A DNA stretch of 64,000 nt from a bacterium (GTDB lineage: Bacteria; SZUA-182; DTGQ01): assembly GCA_040755755.1 (NCBI GenBank), contig JBFLZW010000031.1, positions 64,561 through 128,560 of the forward strand, in the 5' to 3' direction. Numbering within the stretch: position 1 is the first letter of the stretch; every line of letters starts with the position of its first letter. The notes below the pieces were generated by a model. It was given only the letters and a program-made list of their open reading frames with translations. It did not search any database and was not told where the DNA came from. Shown here one piece after another: positions 28,305 to 38,012 of this stretch. The position numbers and the translations under genes were made by a program.

Positions 28305-28862
28305 ATGAAGTCGAGTATGGAAGAAATAATTCAACTTGATCCGATCATCCAGCCATCGCCAGACCAATGGTATGGCGTGCATACCCGATCTCGTCATGAG
28401 CAGGCGGTTTACGAGCGACTGACAAGTAAATCCATCCATACCTTTCTCCCCAAAATGGAGGTCTGGAGTGCGCGAAAGGACAGGCAAAAGCGGATTAGAG
28501 TGCCGATGTTTCGGGGGTACCTCTTTATCCGGGCCAACCTGGAAAACCGGCTCTGGCTTACTGTCCTGCAAACTCCGGGAGTCGCCCGGATCATCAGTAG
28601 CAACGGCAAGCCGGTACCTATCCCGGAAAACCAGATTTCCTCGATCCAGACCATTCTGGAAAACGATACGGTCGTCACTCCCTATCCTTATTTGAATATT
28701 GGCGAAAAGGTACGAATTGTGGCCGGCCCCCTTAAGGGGGTGGAAGGAATTCTTCAGCGATTTAAGTCGAATAAACAAAGACTTATTCTCTCGGTAGACC
28801 TTCTTCAGCAGTCAATCTGTGTTGAATTGAATACCATTGAAGTAGAGCCGATTAATTTCTAA
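28305..28862 (+). CDS. specialised NusG paralog (UpxY/LoaP-like transcription antiterminator)
   Basis: NGN domain (WYGVHTRSRHEQAVYERL...VPMFRGYLFIR) plus KOW motif (GEKVRIVAGPLKGVEGIL). ~180 aa, shorter and more divergent than housekeeping NusG. Confidence 0.7.
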   Translation: MKSSMEEIIQLDPIIQPSPDQWYGVHTRSRHEQAVYERLTSKSIHTFLPKMEVWSARKDRQKRIRVPMFRGYLFIRANLENRLWLTVLQTPGVARIISSNGKPVPIPENQISSIQTILENDTVVTPYPYLNIGEKVRIVAGPLKGVEGILQRFKSNKQRLILSVDLLQQSICVELNTIEVEPINF

Positions 28863-29911
28863 CTGCCGAGGGGAAGACTGCTTACCGCGTTCAGAGGAAA
28901 AATTTCTTTTCCCTCGATAAAATTCCCCGCCATTTTCCGAAAAAAACCCGCACTGGCAATCATGGCTGCATTATCGGTACACAGGAGCGGCGGGGGGTAA
29001 AAGAGCCGCAAGTTCAATTTTTGCGCACTGTGCTCCGCCCTGGTCCGGAGGCAGGAATTACAGGCCACGCCGCCGACCAGAACCAGTTGCTCTATCCCCT
29101 TGATCCGGCAGGCCCTGACGGCTTTGGTAACCAGGATATCCACCACCGCCTCCTGGAAGGAGGCGGCAATATTCCGCACCTCAGGAGAAACCTCGTCGTG
29201 CGGGGAGCCCGCTTCAGGAAGCACCAGGGAACCCTGCCGGGAGCGGACATGGTTTAAAACCGCCGTCTTTAATCCGCTGAAACTGAAATCGAAGCTGTCT
29301 TTTTCCAGGTATGCGCGAGGGAATTTAACCGCCGCCGGATTGGCGGTTTTGGCGAGCCGGTCAATTATCGGCCCTCCCGGATAGCCCAGTTGCAGGATCT
29401 TGGCAACCTTGTCAAAAGCCTCGCCTGCCGCATCGTCCCTGGTTCCGCCCAGGAATTCGTAATCCGTATGACTGTGAACGGCAAAAAGGCTGGTATGCCC
29501 GCCGGAAACCAAAAGAGCGATAAAGGGGAATTCCAGGGTGGGATAAGCCAGGAAGATCGCCTTGATGTGCCCTTCGATATGATTGACGGGAATAAGGGGC
29601 TTATGCTTCAGGTAAGCAAGCGCTTTGGCGACCGATACTCCCACCAGCAGTGAGCCGATCAGTCCTGGGCCAACGGTCACGGCAATGGCCTCGAGGTCAT
29701 CGAAATCCATCCGTGCTTCCTGAAACACCTGATCCAGGATCGGAATGATGGCTTCCATAGCCTTGCGGGCTGCAATTTCCGGCACTACCCCCCCGAATCT
29801 GTGATGGACTGCAATCTGGGAGGCTATCTCCTGGGCCACAATGTGCACTCCATCCCGGACAATGGCCACTGATGTTTCATCGCAGGAGGATTCTATGCCT
29901 AAGATGTTCAT
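28859..29911 (-). CDS. tsaD: tRNA N6-adenosine threonylcarbamoyltransferase
   Basis: MNILGIESSCDETSVAIV and HIEGH metal-binding motifs of the Kae1/TsaD family. Confidence 0.9.
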   Translation of the reverse strand: MNILGIESSCDETSVAIVRDGVHIVAQEIASQIAVHHRFGGVVPEIAARKAMEAIIPILDQVFQEARMDFDDLEAIAVTVGPGLIGSLLVGVSVAKALAYLKHKPLIPVNHIEGHIKAIFLAYPTLEFPFIALLVSGGHTSLFAVHSHTDYEFLGGTRDDAAGEAFDKVAKILQLGYPGGPIIDRLAKTANPAAVKFPRAYLEKDSFDFSFSGLKTAVLNHVRSRQGSLVLPEAGSPHDEVSPEVRNIAASFQEAVVDILVTKAVRACRIKGIEQLVLVGGVACNSCLRTRAEHSAQKLNLRLFYPPPLLCTDNAAMIASAGFFRKMAGNFIEGKEIFPLNAVSSLPLGS

Positions 29912-29971
29912 ACTAATACCCCCCCATGAACAAGCAATAACCCGCTATAACACTAACTGATTTAGTATTTC

Positions 29972-30098
29972 TCCCGCAGAGACGCAGAGGCGCAGAGGAT
30001 ATCATTTGCCAGTTGACATATGGCCATGACAAGATCAACACTATAGTTATCTCTATATCATTTTTGGTCATTCTCTGCGCCTCTGCGTCTCTGCGGGA
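29972..30098. repeat. intergenic element with 26-bp perfect terminal inverted repeats built from CGCAGAGR octamers, 75-nt spacer
   Basis: TCCCGCAGAGACGCAGAGGCGCAGAG at 29972-29997 is the exact reverse complement of 30073-30098. Lies between the yibQ stop and the tsaD start. Confidence 0.55.
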
Positions 30099-30135
30099 AA
30101 TCGTTTACATTTTGTATTTCTGGGCAACCCCTTAC

Positions 30136-31377
30136 TTATTTCACCAGCTCCGATACCCTGACCAGGGTGATACCCTTGTCCCGGAACTTCGAAGCCGACT
30201 CCCTCAATGCCTGAATGGTCGCCGGATGAAGATGCCCTATGCCCACGGCCTGGCCATCCTTCAATGCCGTGTCGATCAGGAGGTCAATCTGACGACGGAT
30301 AGAGCTGACACTCTTCTGGTTGTCTAAAAATACCTGCCGGCGGGCACTCGGAACCTCAAGGGCCTGGGCGATTTCATAGCCGACGCTTCCTGGCGTGGTC
30401 CTGCTGTCAAGAAAATATAATCCACGGCTTTTCAGCTCTTCGAGAATCACCTGCATGGATTTTCGGTCCTCCAGCATCAGGGAGCCCATGTGATTATTCA
30501 CTCCCCTGGCCCCCGGCACATCCCGCAGGCCGGAGTCAAGGATTTTGAGCATCTCCTCTTTACTCATGCCAACCTGTAAGGTGTTCTTTTCCCAATAGGC
30601 CAAAGCGCATTGGCGTGGCTGCATGGGAAGGTGGAGGATGATTTCCCATGAGCGGTCATGGGCCATCTGGGCGCACTGCCGGGAAAAAGGGTGATGGGGC
30701 AGAATGGATACATTCAGGATGAGGTTCAGGTCAAACAGTGCCCTGGCCAGCTGGCGGTTATACCCCAGGTCATCGATCACCAGGGCGACCCTGGCTCTCT
30801 GCTTTCGCCTGGCCGCAGGATGCCGCTCTTCGGAGAGAATCCTGCTCTGGAAGATCAGGATGTAGCTTGCGGTATTTGTGTCTTTACTCCCCAGGAAGAA
30901 AACCATCTGCCGGTGCGAAGGGGAAATCGTTTCTTCATGGCTGGTGAAGACTTTTCCGCCACGGGCTTGAACCAGATCAAGAACTGTCTTACGGATTTTC
31001 GTCCACAGGCCCCTGTCCCCAAGCTCGATTACCCGCTTCAGCGGCAGCGAAGAAGAATCCTCGCCGCCGCTGGCAGTAACACCTTCAAGCCCCAAATCAG
31101 ACAGGGCTGTTTGAAGAGCTGAATCGAATTCCTGTGCCCAAAAGAAGCGTTTTTCTTCTTCATTCAGAATATCCGGCGGTGGCGGGATAAGCGGGGAGCC
31201 CTTCCCCCGGCTGAAGAACAGGGACTTTGCATATTCAGCGCCCTGGTGGAATTTATCCGCAAGCCTGCTCGTGGTGATGGAGAGGAAGCCCAGGATCAGG
31301 AAGAAACCTGCCAGAGCCAGAATGATGCCGGCAGGTTTCCCTTTGTCGCTTCGCTTTCTTTTTTTCCTTCTTCCCAT
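30136..31377 (-). CDS. divergent polysaccharide deacetylase family protein (YibQ-like)
   Basis: N-terminal TM segment. C-terminal domain VALVIDDLGYN...HLPMQP...GVNNHMGS is typical of the YibQ/DUF610 family. Confidence 0.7.
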   Translation of the reverse strand: MGRRKKRKRSDKGKPAGIILALAGFFLILGFLSITTSRLADKFHQGAEYAKSLFFSRGKGSPLIPPPPDILNEEEKRFFWAQEFDSALQTALSDLGLEGVTASGGEDSSSLPLKRVIELGDRGLWTKIRKTVLDLVQARGGKVFTSHEETISPSHRQMVFFLGSKDTNTASYILIFQSRILSEERHPAARRKQRARVALVIDDLGYNRQLARALFDLNLILNVSILPHHPFSRQCAQMAHDRSWEIILHLPMQPRQCALAYWEKNTLQVGMSKEEMLKILDSGLRDVPGARGVNNHMGSLMLEDRKSMQVILEELKSRGLYFLDSRTTPGSVGYEIAQALEVPSARRQVFLDNQKSVSSIRRQIDLLIDTALKDGQAVGIGHLHPATIQALRESASKFRDKGITLVRVSELVK

Positions 31378-31395
31378 CTTCTTCTCTGGACAAGC

Positions 31396-32760
31396 TTACA
31401 GTTTTTTGCTTGCCTCGAGAATTTTGGAAGCTTTAATAATATCGATGGCACGCTGCAGCTGCAGGTCCTCGAAGTATTTGGCCTCATCACCCTCTTTGGT
31501 CTTCGGTGAGTTGGGATCAGGCTGCGGCTCTGGCGGGGGAGCCTCTTCTTCACCCTCCGGCTCCAGATTCTTTTTCCGGTTTTCCATATCGACCAGATCC
31601 TTTTCCCTGATGGCATGCTCCTCCGAAATGACCATTTTCTTATCTTCCAGGCGCATGTTCTCAACGACGATATCCGGTGTAATTCCCTTGGCATGGATGG
31701 AGGTGCCTTTTGGAGTATAATATTTGGCCGTGGTCAGGCGCAGGGCGGAACCATCCGATAAGGGGTAGATAGTCTGAACCGACCCCTTGCCGAAGGTTTT
31801 GGTTCCCACCAGTACCGCCCGGCCCCAGTCCTGCAAGGCCCCGGCCACGATCTCGGAAGCGCTGGCACTGCCTGCATTGACCAGGACAACCATGGGCATG
31901 CCCTTGGGGATGAGAGGATCATGGGTTGATTTGAAGGTAATGGTCTGCTCCTCCCCTCTCCCTCTGGTGGTGACAATCACCAGTCCTTTAGGCAAAAACT
32001 TGTCGGCCACATCTACCGCCACGCTCAGCAGTCCGCCGGCATTGAACCGCTCATCGAGAATAAGTCCGTCAAGTTCCTGAATCTTCATGCCCTTGAGCTC
32101 TTTCACCATGTCCGTGGCGGTATTTTCCTGAAACTGGCGCAGCCGGATGTAGCCGATTTTCTTGTCGATGACCTTTGAGCTGACACTGGCCAGTTTGATG
32201 ATTCCCCGGGTAACGGTGAAATCCTTGGGTTTTTCGAACTCCTTGCGCATTATGGTCAGGGTCACTTTGGTCCCTTTCGGTCCCTTGATTCTCTTGGCCG
32301 CTTCGGTCAACGACATGTCACGGGTCGAGACATCGTCGATTTTTAAAATCTGGTCTTCGGATTTCAGACCCATCTGAAAAGCAGGCGTACCTTCAATCGG
32401 AGAAACAATGATCAGCACCCCGTCACGGATGGAGATTTCGATTCCGATGCCCTCGAACTTGCCCTGAGTATCAACCTGCATCTCCTTATACATGTCCGGT
32501 GTCATGAAGGAGCTGTGAGGATCAAGGGTCTGGAGCATGCCTTTGATAGCGCCGTAGACCAGATCCTTGACCTGGAATTCATCCACGTAGTTGCCCTGCA
32601 CCTTGGAGAGCACCTCACTGAAGATCCTGAGATCCTCATAGGATTCCTTTCCGGATACTACGGCCCGGCTGCCCAGACTGAAGATTCCTCCCATGAATAA
32701 AGCCATAATGAGAAGAGCATAGAGAATAATTCTTTTCTTCCTGTGCACTGCTTTTTCCAT
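31396..32760 (-). CDS. ctpA: carboxyl-terminal processing protease (S41)
   Basis: PDZ domain and the S41 catalytic region GSASASEI..., ~454 aa, N-terminal signal/TM. Confidence 0.9.
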   Translation of the reverse strand: MEKAVHRKKRIILYALLIMALFMGGIFSLGSRAVVSGKESYEDLRIFSEVLSKVQGNYVDEFQVKDLVYGAIKGMLQTLDPHSSFMTPDMYKEMQVDTQGKFEGIGIEISIRDGVLIIVSPIEGTPAFQMGLKSEDQILKIDDVSTRDMSLTEAAKRIKGPKGTKVTLTIMRKEFEKPKDFTVTRGIIKLASVSSKVIDKKIGYIRLRQFQENTATDMVKELKGMKIQELDGLILDERFNAGGLLSVAVDVADKFLPKGLVIVTTRGRGEEQTITFKSTHDPLIPKGMPMVVLVNAGSASASEIVAGALQDWGRAVLVGTKTFGKGSVQTIYPLSDGSALRLTTAKYYTPKGTSIHAKGITPDIVVENMRLEDKKMVISEEHAIREKDLVDMENRKKNLEPEGEEEAPPPEPQPDPNSPKTKEGDEAKYFEDLQLQRAIDIIKASKILEASKKL

Positions 32761-32810
32761 TTGTATCTCCTTAAAGTTTTTATCTATAACTTTAGTTACC
32801 TGCCATTAGG

Positions 32811-34028
32811 TTACTGTAGCCATATTAAGGGGTCTACAGGATTTCCCCGGAAGCGGATCTCAAAATAGACCTGCGGACTGCTCACACCTCCGGTATCACC
32901 AATCCGGGCGATGGGTTGTTTCTCCTGGACGGAGTCCCCGGAATTTACCAGCAATTCCGAGGCATGGGCATAGACACTGCAATACCCTTCTCCGTGGTCC
33001 ACAATCAGCAATTTCCCATATCCAAGACACCAGTCCGCATAGGCCACTCTTCCTGGATAAATAGAGCAGATTTCCTTCCCAGCCGGGGCCTGAATAGTGA
33101 CTCCTTTTCTCCAGGTTGCATTCCCCGCTGTGCCGGTGGGTTGTTTGCCGAAAGGAGAAGAGGAAACGATCTTTCCCTGGACAGGCCAGGGGAGCTTGCC
33201 CCTTCTGGCTGCAAATCCGGACGCAGGAGAAGGTTTGATCTGCTGCAGGCGGCGCTTCTTTTCCAGATCGGTCAATAATGCCTGAAGATCGTTTAATCGG
33301 TTCGATAATCCCTGATGGGCAAGACGGTATTCATTTTCCCGGGCCCGAAGTGCCTTGAGGTGCTTTTCTTTCTCATTTTTCTTTTGGATCCACGCTCTTT
33401 CCTGTTCGGCTGCGCTTTTTTGAAGCTCCTCGATTTCCTGCTGATGAAGATACATCTTTTCTTTTTTAATCTTAAGCTCTTCTATTTGATGGGAAAACCG
33501 CTGGATCAATCGGGAATCCTCTTCGGCAATCAATTTCATGTAGCTCACCTTCCGCCAAAGTTCAGTCATGGACTCAGCTCCCAGAATCACCCGCCAGAAT
33601 CTCAAGGGTCCTGCCTGATATACTGATCGAAGGCGTAAGGCCAGGAGATTTTTCTGCCTGGCCACAGAGCCCTGCTCTCGGTTGATCTCAAGGCTCAATT
33701 CTTCCTGCTTCAGCTTAACACTATTTATTTTATCGTCCAGTATGGCGCGTTTATACTTGTACTTTTCCGCTAATTGATCGCAGAGTTCAATTTTGCGGAG
33801 AACTTCCTCCTCTCCGGCCCGGGTTTTTTTCAATCTGTTCTCACTCTCCCGGATTTGCTGCTCAATCGCCTTTACCTTTCCCTGCGCCTGATTGATTTGC
33901 TGCTGCAGCGAGTCCTTTTTATTTGCCGCATACCCTGGGGAACTGAAAAGAGCCGCCAGAAAAAGTACCACGGTTTTCAACAACAGGATATCATAGCTGT
34001 TTTCTCTCCAAAAAGCAATCATTTCCAA
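32811..34028 (-). CDS. envC: murein hydrolase activator EnvC-like protein (coiled coil + M23 peptidase domain)
   Basis: Long N-terminal coiled coil and C-terminal LytM/M23 domain (YGKLLIVDHGEGYCSVYAHASE). Directly downstream of ftsEX. Confidence 0.8.
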   Translation of the reverse strand: MEMIAFWRENSYDILLLKTVVLFLAALFSSPGYAANKKDSLQQQINQAQGKVKAIEQQIRESENRLKKTRAGEEEVLRKIELCDQLAEKYKYKRAILDDKINSVKLKQEELSLEINREQGSVARQKNLLALRLRSVYQAGPLRFWRVILGAESMTELWRKVSYMKLIAEEDSRLIQRFSHQIEELKIKKEKMYLHQQEIEELQKSAAEQERAWIQKKNEKEKHLKALRARENEYRLAHQGLSNRLNDLQALLTDLEKKRRLQQIKPSPASGFAARRGKLPWPVQGKIVSSSPFGKQPTGTAGNATWRKGVTIQAPAGKEICSIYPGRVAYADWCLGYGKLLIVDHGEGYCSVYAHASELLVNSGDSVQEKQPIARIGDTGGVSSPQVYFEIRFRGNPVDPLIWLQ

Positions 34029-34042
34029 GCATTATCCTATCT

Positions 34043-34945
34043 TTAGGCCGAGCGGAGGGATAATGAAACCACGGCCCCGAACCCCCCGATAACCGAACCC
34101 AGAACAAGGACCAGAATCACTTTTTCCAGTTCCAGAAAGGTGATGGCAGATGCCCCGAAAATCAGATTTACCAGGGGGCTCACTTTCCAGCAGAAGGCAT
34201 GGTATACTGCGGCTGAGATCGCAATCGCCAACCCCCCGCCGAGAAAGCCCTCAAACATCCCCTCAAAGAGAAAGGGAAGACGGATATACCACTCGCTTGC
34301 GCCTATGAGTCGCATGATCGAAATTTCCTCCCGCCGCCGGTCAATGGTCAGATGAATCGTGCTGGCAGTGATAAACAGGGAAATGATGGCCAGTATGGCC
34401 CCCAGGAGGGACAGAACCAGACGGCTGACCGATACCAGGCTGGATAACCTTTCCACCCATTCAACTCCCCCCTGGATACTTTCCACTTCGGGCTGTCTGG
34501 ACAGATACTTCATCAGGGACTTTAACCGGGCAGGCTCTTTCAGAGCGGGATCCAGGAATAATTCAAAAGAGGCAGGCAGCGGGTTGGTATCAAGGCCATC
34601 CAGAAGTCGTGCATCCCTGCCGAGCGAATTTCTGAATTCCTCCAAGGCCATAGCCTTGGAAACATAGCGGACTCTGGAGATTTCAGTTATGCTGGCGAGT
34701 ACCTGCTGCAGCCGCCCGGTTTGCTCGCGGGTAAGATTGTCCCGCAGGTACACAACAACCTGAAGATTGCTGGCTGAGTCAAGGGCTTTGGAAAGATTGG
34801 AAAGGGCCATGAAGTACAGGCACAGAAGAAGCATCGAGCAGGCGATGCTCATTACGGCGATACCGGCGGGTATTCCGGCAGATCGAAGATCCTGGAGCCC
34901 CTGGCGAAGGAGGTAGGACAGTTGGCGAACCTTAGCAGTGAACAA
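34043..34945 (-). CDS. ftsX: cell division permease FtsX
   Basis: Four TM segments and a periplasmic loop. Immediately follows ftsE with overlap. Confidence 0.85.
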   Translation of the reverse strand: MFTAKVRQLSYLLRQGLQDLRSAGIPAGIAVMSIACSMLLLCLYFMALSNLSKALDSASNLQVVVYLRDNLTREQTGRLQQVLASITEISRVRYVSKAMALEEFRNSLGRDARLLDGLDTNPLPASFELFLDPALKEPARLKSLMKYLSRQPEVESIQGGVEWVERLSSLVSVSRLVLSLLGAILAIISLFITASTIHLTIDRRREEISIMRLIGASEWYIRLPFLFEGMFEGFLGGGLAIAISAAVYHAFCWKVSPLVNLIFGASAITFLELEKVILVLVLGSVIGGFGAVVSLSLRSA

Positions 34946-35579
34946 TTTTACCTTCTCGCAGGTAAATGACCCGCTTTTTCATCTCCTCAATGATCCGCAG
35001 GTTATGCGTTGCCATCAGCACCGTTGTCCCCTGGATATTGATATCGGTAAAAATCCTCATCACGTCCCTGGCCGCGTCCATATCCAGGTTTCCCGTCGGC
35101 TCATCCGCCAGGAGTAAGACCGGATCATTGACCACGGCCCGGGCAATGGCTACCCGCTGCTGCTCGCCCCCCGACAGCCTCTTCGGATAGTAATCCATCT
35201 TGCGCTCGAGGCCAACCCGCCTGAGGCAATTCCATACCTTCCGCTCGATTTCGGGTTTTGGTTTGCCCAGGACCTGCAACAGGTAGGCGACGTTCTCAAA
35301 CACCGTTTTGGAGTGAATCAGTTTGAAATCCTGAAAGACTACCCCCATTTTCCGGCGCAGATGGCAGATCTGGCTGCTCTTGATCTTACCGATATTCCTG
35401 CCGTTAACGATGATTTGTCCGGAAGATGCCTGCTCCTCCCGGAGAATGAGCCGCATCAGGGTCGTCTTTCCGGCTCCGCTCGGCCCGGCCAGGAAAACCA
35501 TCTCTCCCGGATCGATTCGCAGATTGATGTCAGTCAGAGCACTGCAATGGCCATCGAATGTTTTATGGACATGAAACAT
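34932..35579 (-). CDS. ftsE: cell division ATP-binding protein FtsE
   Basis: Walker [13 protein letters not shown] signature [14 protein letters not shown], Walker B LLLADEPT. Start taken at MFHVHKTF. Confidence 0.9.
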   Translation of the reverse strand: MFHVHKTFDGHCSALTDINLRIDPGEMVFLAGPSGAGKTTLMRLILREEQASSGQIIVNGRNIGKIKSSQICHLRRKMGVVFQDFKLIHSKTVFENVAYLLQVLGKPKPEIERKVWNCLRRVGLERKMDYYPKRLSGGEQQRVAIARAVVNDPVLLLADEPTGNLDMDAARDVMRIFTDINIQGTTVLMATHNLRIIEEMKKRVIYLREGKIVHC

Positions 35580-35642
35580 TTGGACGATAGCCGATAAAGA
35601 GGCCGAGATCGGGGCCGAAAGCGGTTGCACGGGAGCTATCCT

Positions 35643-36590
35643 TTAATTCCTCTTCTTTCTGGCCACTATTTCCCTGACGGCTTTAACGACCGCCTCAGCG
35701 GTCAGGCCATAATGGGTCAGCAGTTTTTCTGCATCTCCGGAAACTCCGAAGCTATCATTCAGGCCGATTCTTTTCAGGGGAACCGGGCATTGTTCTGAAA
35801 TGACTTCAGCCACCGCGCTTCCCAGTCCTCCAATAATCGAATGCTCTTCAGCGGTCACGATACAGCCGGTCTCCCGGGCTGCGGCCAGGATAGCCTGCTG
35901 ATCGATGGGCTTCAGGGTGGACATATTCAGGACGCGGACAGAAATGCCCTCGCTTTTCAGTATCTCGCTGGCCTTCAGTGCCCGGCTGACCATGACCCCA
36001 ATGGCGATCACGGTGGCATCGCTGCCATCTTCAAGCAGAGCGGCCTTTCCCTTCTGGAAAGTGTAGTCGGAACCCAAAACCACCGGGAACTTGCATCTGC
36101 TCAGCCGCACATAGACAGGGCTTTTGTCATTGACCAGATATTCCAGCACCTTCTCCGTTTCAATTCCATCTGCGGGTACGATAATATTCATATTGGGCAG
36201 ACTCCGCATCAGGGCAATATCCTCATTGGCCTGGTGGGTAGCGCTGTCTTCTCCCACGGTCACGCCTGCATGGGTGGCTACGATCTTAACGTTCTGCATG
36301 GAATAACAAAGAGATTGCCGGATCTGGTCCCAGGCCCTTCCGGTAGCGAAAACGGCAAAGGTGCTGACGAACGGAATCTTCCCGAAGGCAGCCAGCCCGG
36401 CTGCCGTGGCAATCATATCCTGCTCGGCGATTCCGATATTAAAAAACCTGTCCGGAAAGGCCCTGGCAAATTTTTCGGTCCGGGTAGAACAGGAAAGGTC
36501 TGCGTCGAGCACGACAATGTCAGGATTCTGCTGTCCCAGTCTCACCAATACGTCTCCATAAACATCACGAGTACCTAAACTTTGACTCAT
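35643..36590 (-). CDS. transketolase, C-terminal (pyrimidine-binding) subunit
   Basis: FNIGIAEQDMI...VRLSR motifs of the split transketolase TktB. Confidence 0.9.
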   Translation of the reverse strand: MSQSLGTRDVYGDVLVRLGQQNPDIVVLDADLSCSTRTEKFARAFPDRFFNIGIAEQDMIATAAGLAAFGKIPFVSTFAVFATGRAWDQIRQSLCYSMQNVKIVATHAGVTVGEDSATHQANEDIALMRSLPNMNIIVPADGIETEKVLEYLVNDKSPVYVRLSRCKFPVVLGSDYTFQKGKAALLEDGSDATVIAIGVMVSRALKASEILKSEGISVRVLNMSTLKPIDQQAILAAARETGCIVTAEEHSIIGGLGSAVAEVISEQCPVPLKRIGLNDSFGVSGDAEKLLTHYGLTAEAVVKAVREIVARKKRN

Positions 36591-36593
36591 AGC

Positions 36594-37448
36594 TCACCTC
36601 AACTCCAGTAATGCTTTTTCCAATTCCGCCTCGGTCGGCGCAACCCCATGATAGTGCACTTTGCCTTCCATAAAGGAAACCCCCTTGCCTTTGACCGTGT
36701 GGGCAACGATCAGCGAGGGCTTGCCCTTGACCTGTTCACACCGCTCAAATGTCGAGAGGAGAGCCGACAGGTCATGGCCATCGACCTCAAAAACCTGCCA
36801 GCCGAAAGATTCCCATTTTGGGGCTATGGGCTCGATATTCTTTATTTGGGACAGTGAACCATCAATTTGCAGTTTATTGGCATCGATGATGCCGCAGACA
36901 TTATCGAGCTTATAATGGGCCGCGGTCATGGCCGCCTCCCATATCTGGCCCTCCTGAGTCTCTCCGTCCCCCATTAAAACATATATCCTGGCCTCGGATT
37001 TGTTCAGTCTGGCAGCCAGGGCCATTCCATTGGCTACGGATAATCCCTGCCCCAGGGAGCCGGTTGAAATTTCGACCCCCGGAGTGGTCAGATTAAAGGG
37101 ATGCCCTTGCAGCATCCCGCCGAGTTTGCGAAGGTTGTCGAGCTCTGCCTTGTCGAAGTAGCCGAGTCGGGCCAGAGTGGCATACAGGGCCGGCGCTCCG
37201 TGTCCTTTCGACAGGACGAACCGGTCGCGGCCGGGCCATCGGGGATTTTTCGGATCATGGCGTAACTTCACCATGTACAGTGCGACCAGAATCTCGATGA
37301 TGGATAAAGATCCCCCCGTATGTCCGGATCCGGCGCGGGTTAACATGCGCAAAACTTCGATGCGTAATTGACGGGCCGTCTCTTTCAATTCTATAATTTT
37401 GCTCTCCGGCAATGATGACATAAATTCTTCCTCTTTACTAGGGCTCAA
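36594..37448 (-). CDS. transketolase, N-terminal (TPP-binding) subunit
   Basis: GSGHTGGSLS...GDGETQEGQIWEAA TPP-binding motifs. 4-nt gap to the C-terminal subunit gene. Confidence 0.9.
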   Translation of the reverse strand: MSPSKEEEFMSSLPESKIIELKETARQLRIEVLRMLTRAGSGHTGGSLSIIEILVALYMVKLRHDPKNPRWPGRDRFVLSKGHGAPALYATLARLGYFDKAELDNLRKLGGMLQGHPFNLTTPGVEISTGSLGQGLSVANGMALAARLNKSEARIYVLMGDGETQEGQIWEAAMTAAHYKLDNVCGIIDANKLQIDGSLSQIKNIEPIAPKWESFGWQVFEVDGHDLSALLSTFERCEQVKGKPSLIVAHTVKGKGVSFMEGKVHYHGVAPTEAELEKALLELR

Positions 37449-37619
37449 TCAATCTGACAGTTCCAGCGCGAATAGGCTCAACCTGAATGCAAAGAAAAAT
37501 ACCCAACATATCTCACACATCGGTATTCTTCAAGGCAAAATACGAGGGACGAATTACTCCGTGGTAGAATGGAAAACACTTGCGTTGGCTGGACCTTACT
37601 GATAATAGGTTGAATAATA

Positions 37620-37853
37620 TTATTCTTCAATTAATTCCAACACGTATCTCATTTTTTCTTTCCCGCCGGCGCTGGCCAGCAGAGTTCGGATAGCCGATAT
37701 GGTACGGCCTTTTTTCCCGATTACCTTCCCAATATCATCTTTTGCTACCTTAAGTTCAATAATCGTCGTTCTGCCTCCATCGATCTCGCTGATATTCACA
37801 TCTTCCGGGCTGTCCACAATCGCTTTCACAATTTTTCTAATAATGTCTCTCAT
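37620..37853 (-). CDS. KH-domain RNA-binding protein (YlqC/UPF0109-like)
   Basis: Core IGKVIGKKGRTISAIRTLL is the KH GXXG loop. Start taken at the internal MRDIIRK. Confidence 0.55.
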   Translation of the reverse strand: MRDIIRKIVKAIVDSPEDVNISEIDGGRTTIIELKVAKDDIGKVIGKKGRTISAIRTLLASAGGKEKMRYVLELIEE

Positions 37854-38012
37854 ACAACCGTACCTCTTTCTACCTTGATCTTCCTTGCTCTTTTCTTCAT
37901 TTTCTTTTGATCTGTCTCGAAAAAATTTTCCTAGCATAATGGATTCATTTTATAACAATTGGCATCATATTTGTCAACAAAAATAGTGAATCGTGAAAAA
38001 TCCCGGTTTTCC

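Noticed and set aside
25241-30100. Short tandem 7-8-bp repeats (ACACAGAG, CGCAGAGR, AGTGGTC) as a CRISPR array
   Set aside because: The units are 7-8 bp with no spacers of defined length and no cas genes. They are simple tandem or inverted repeats, not CRISPR.
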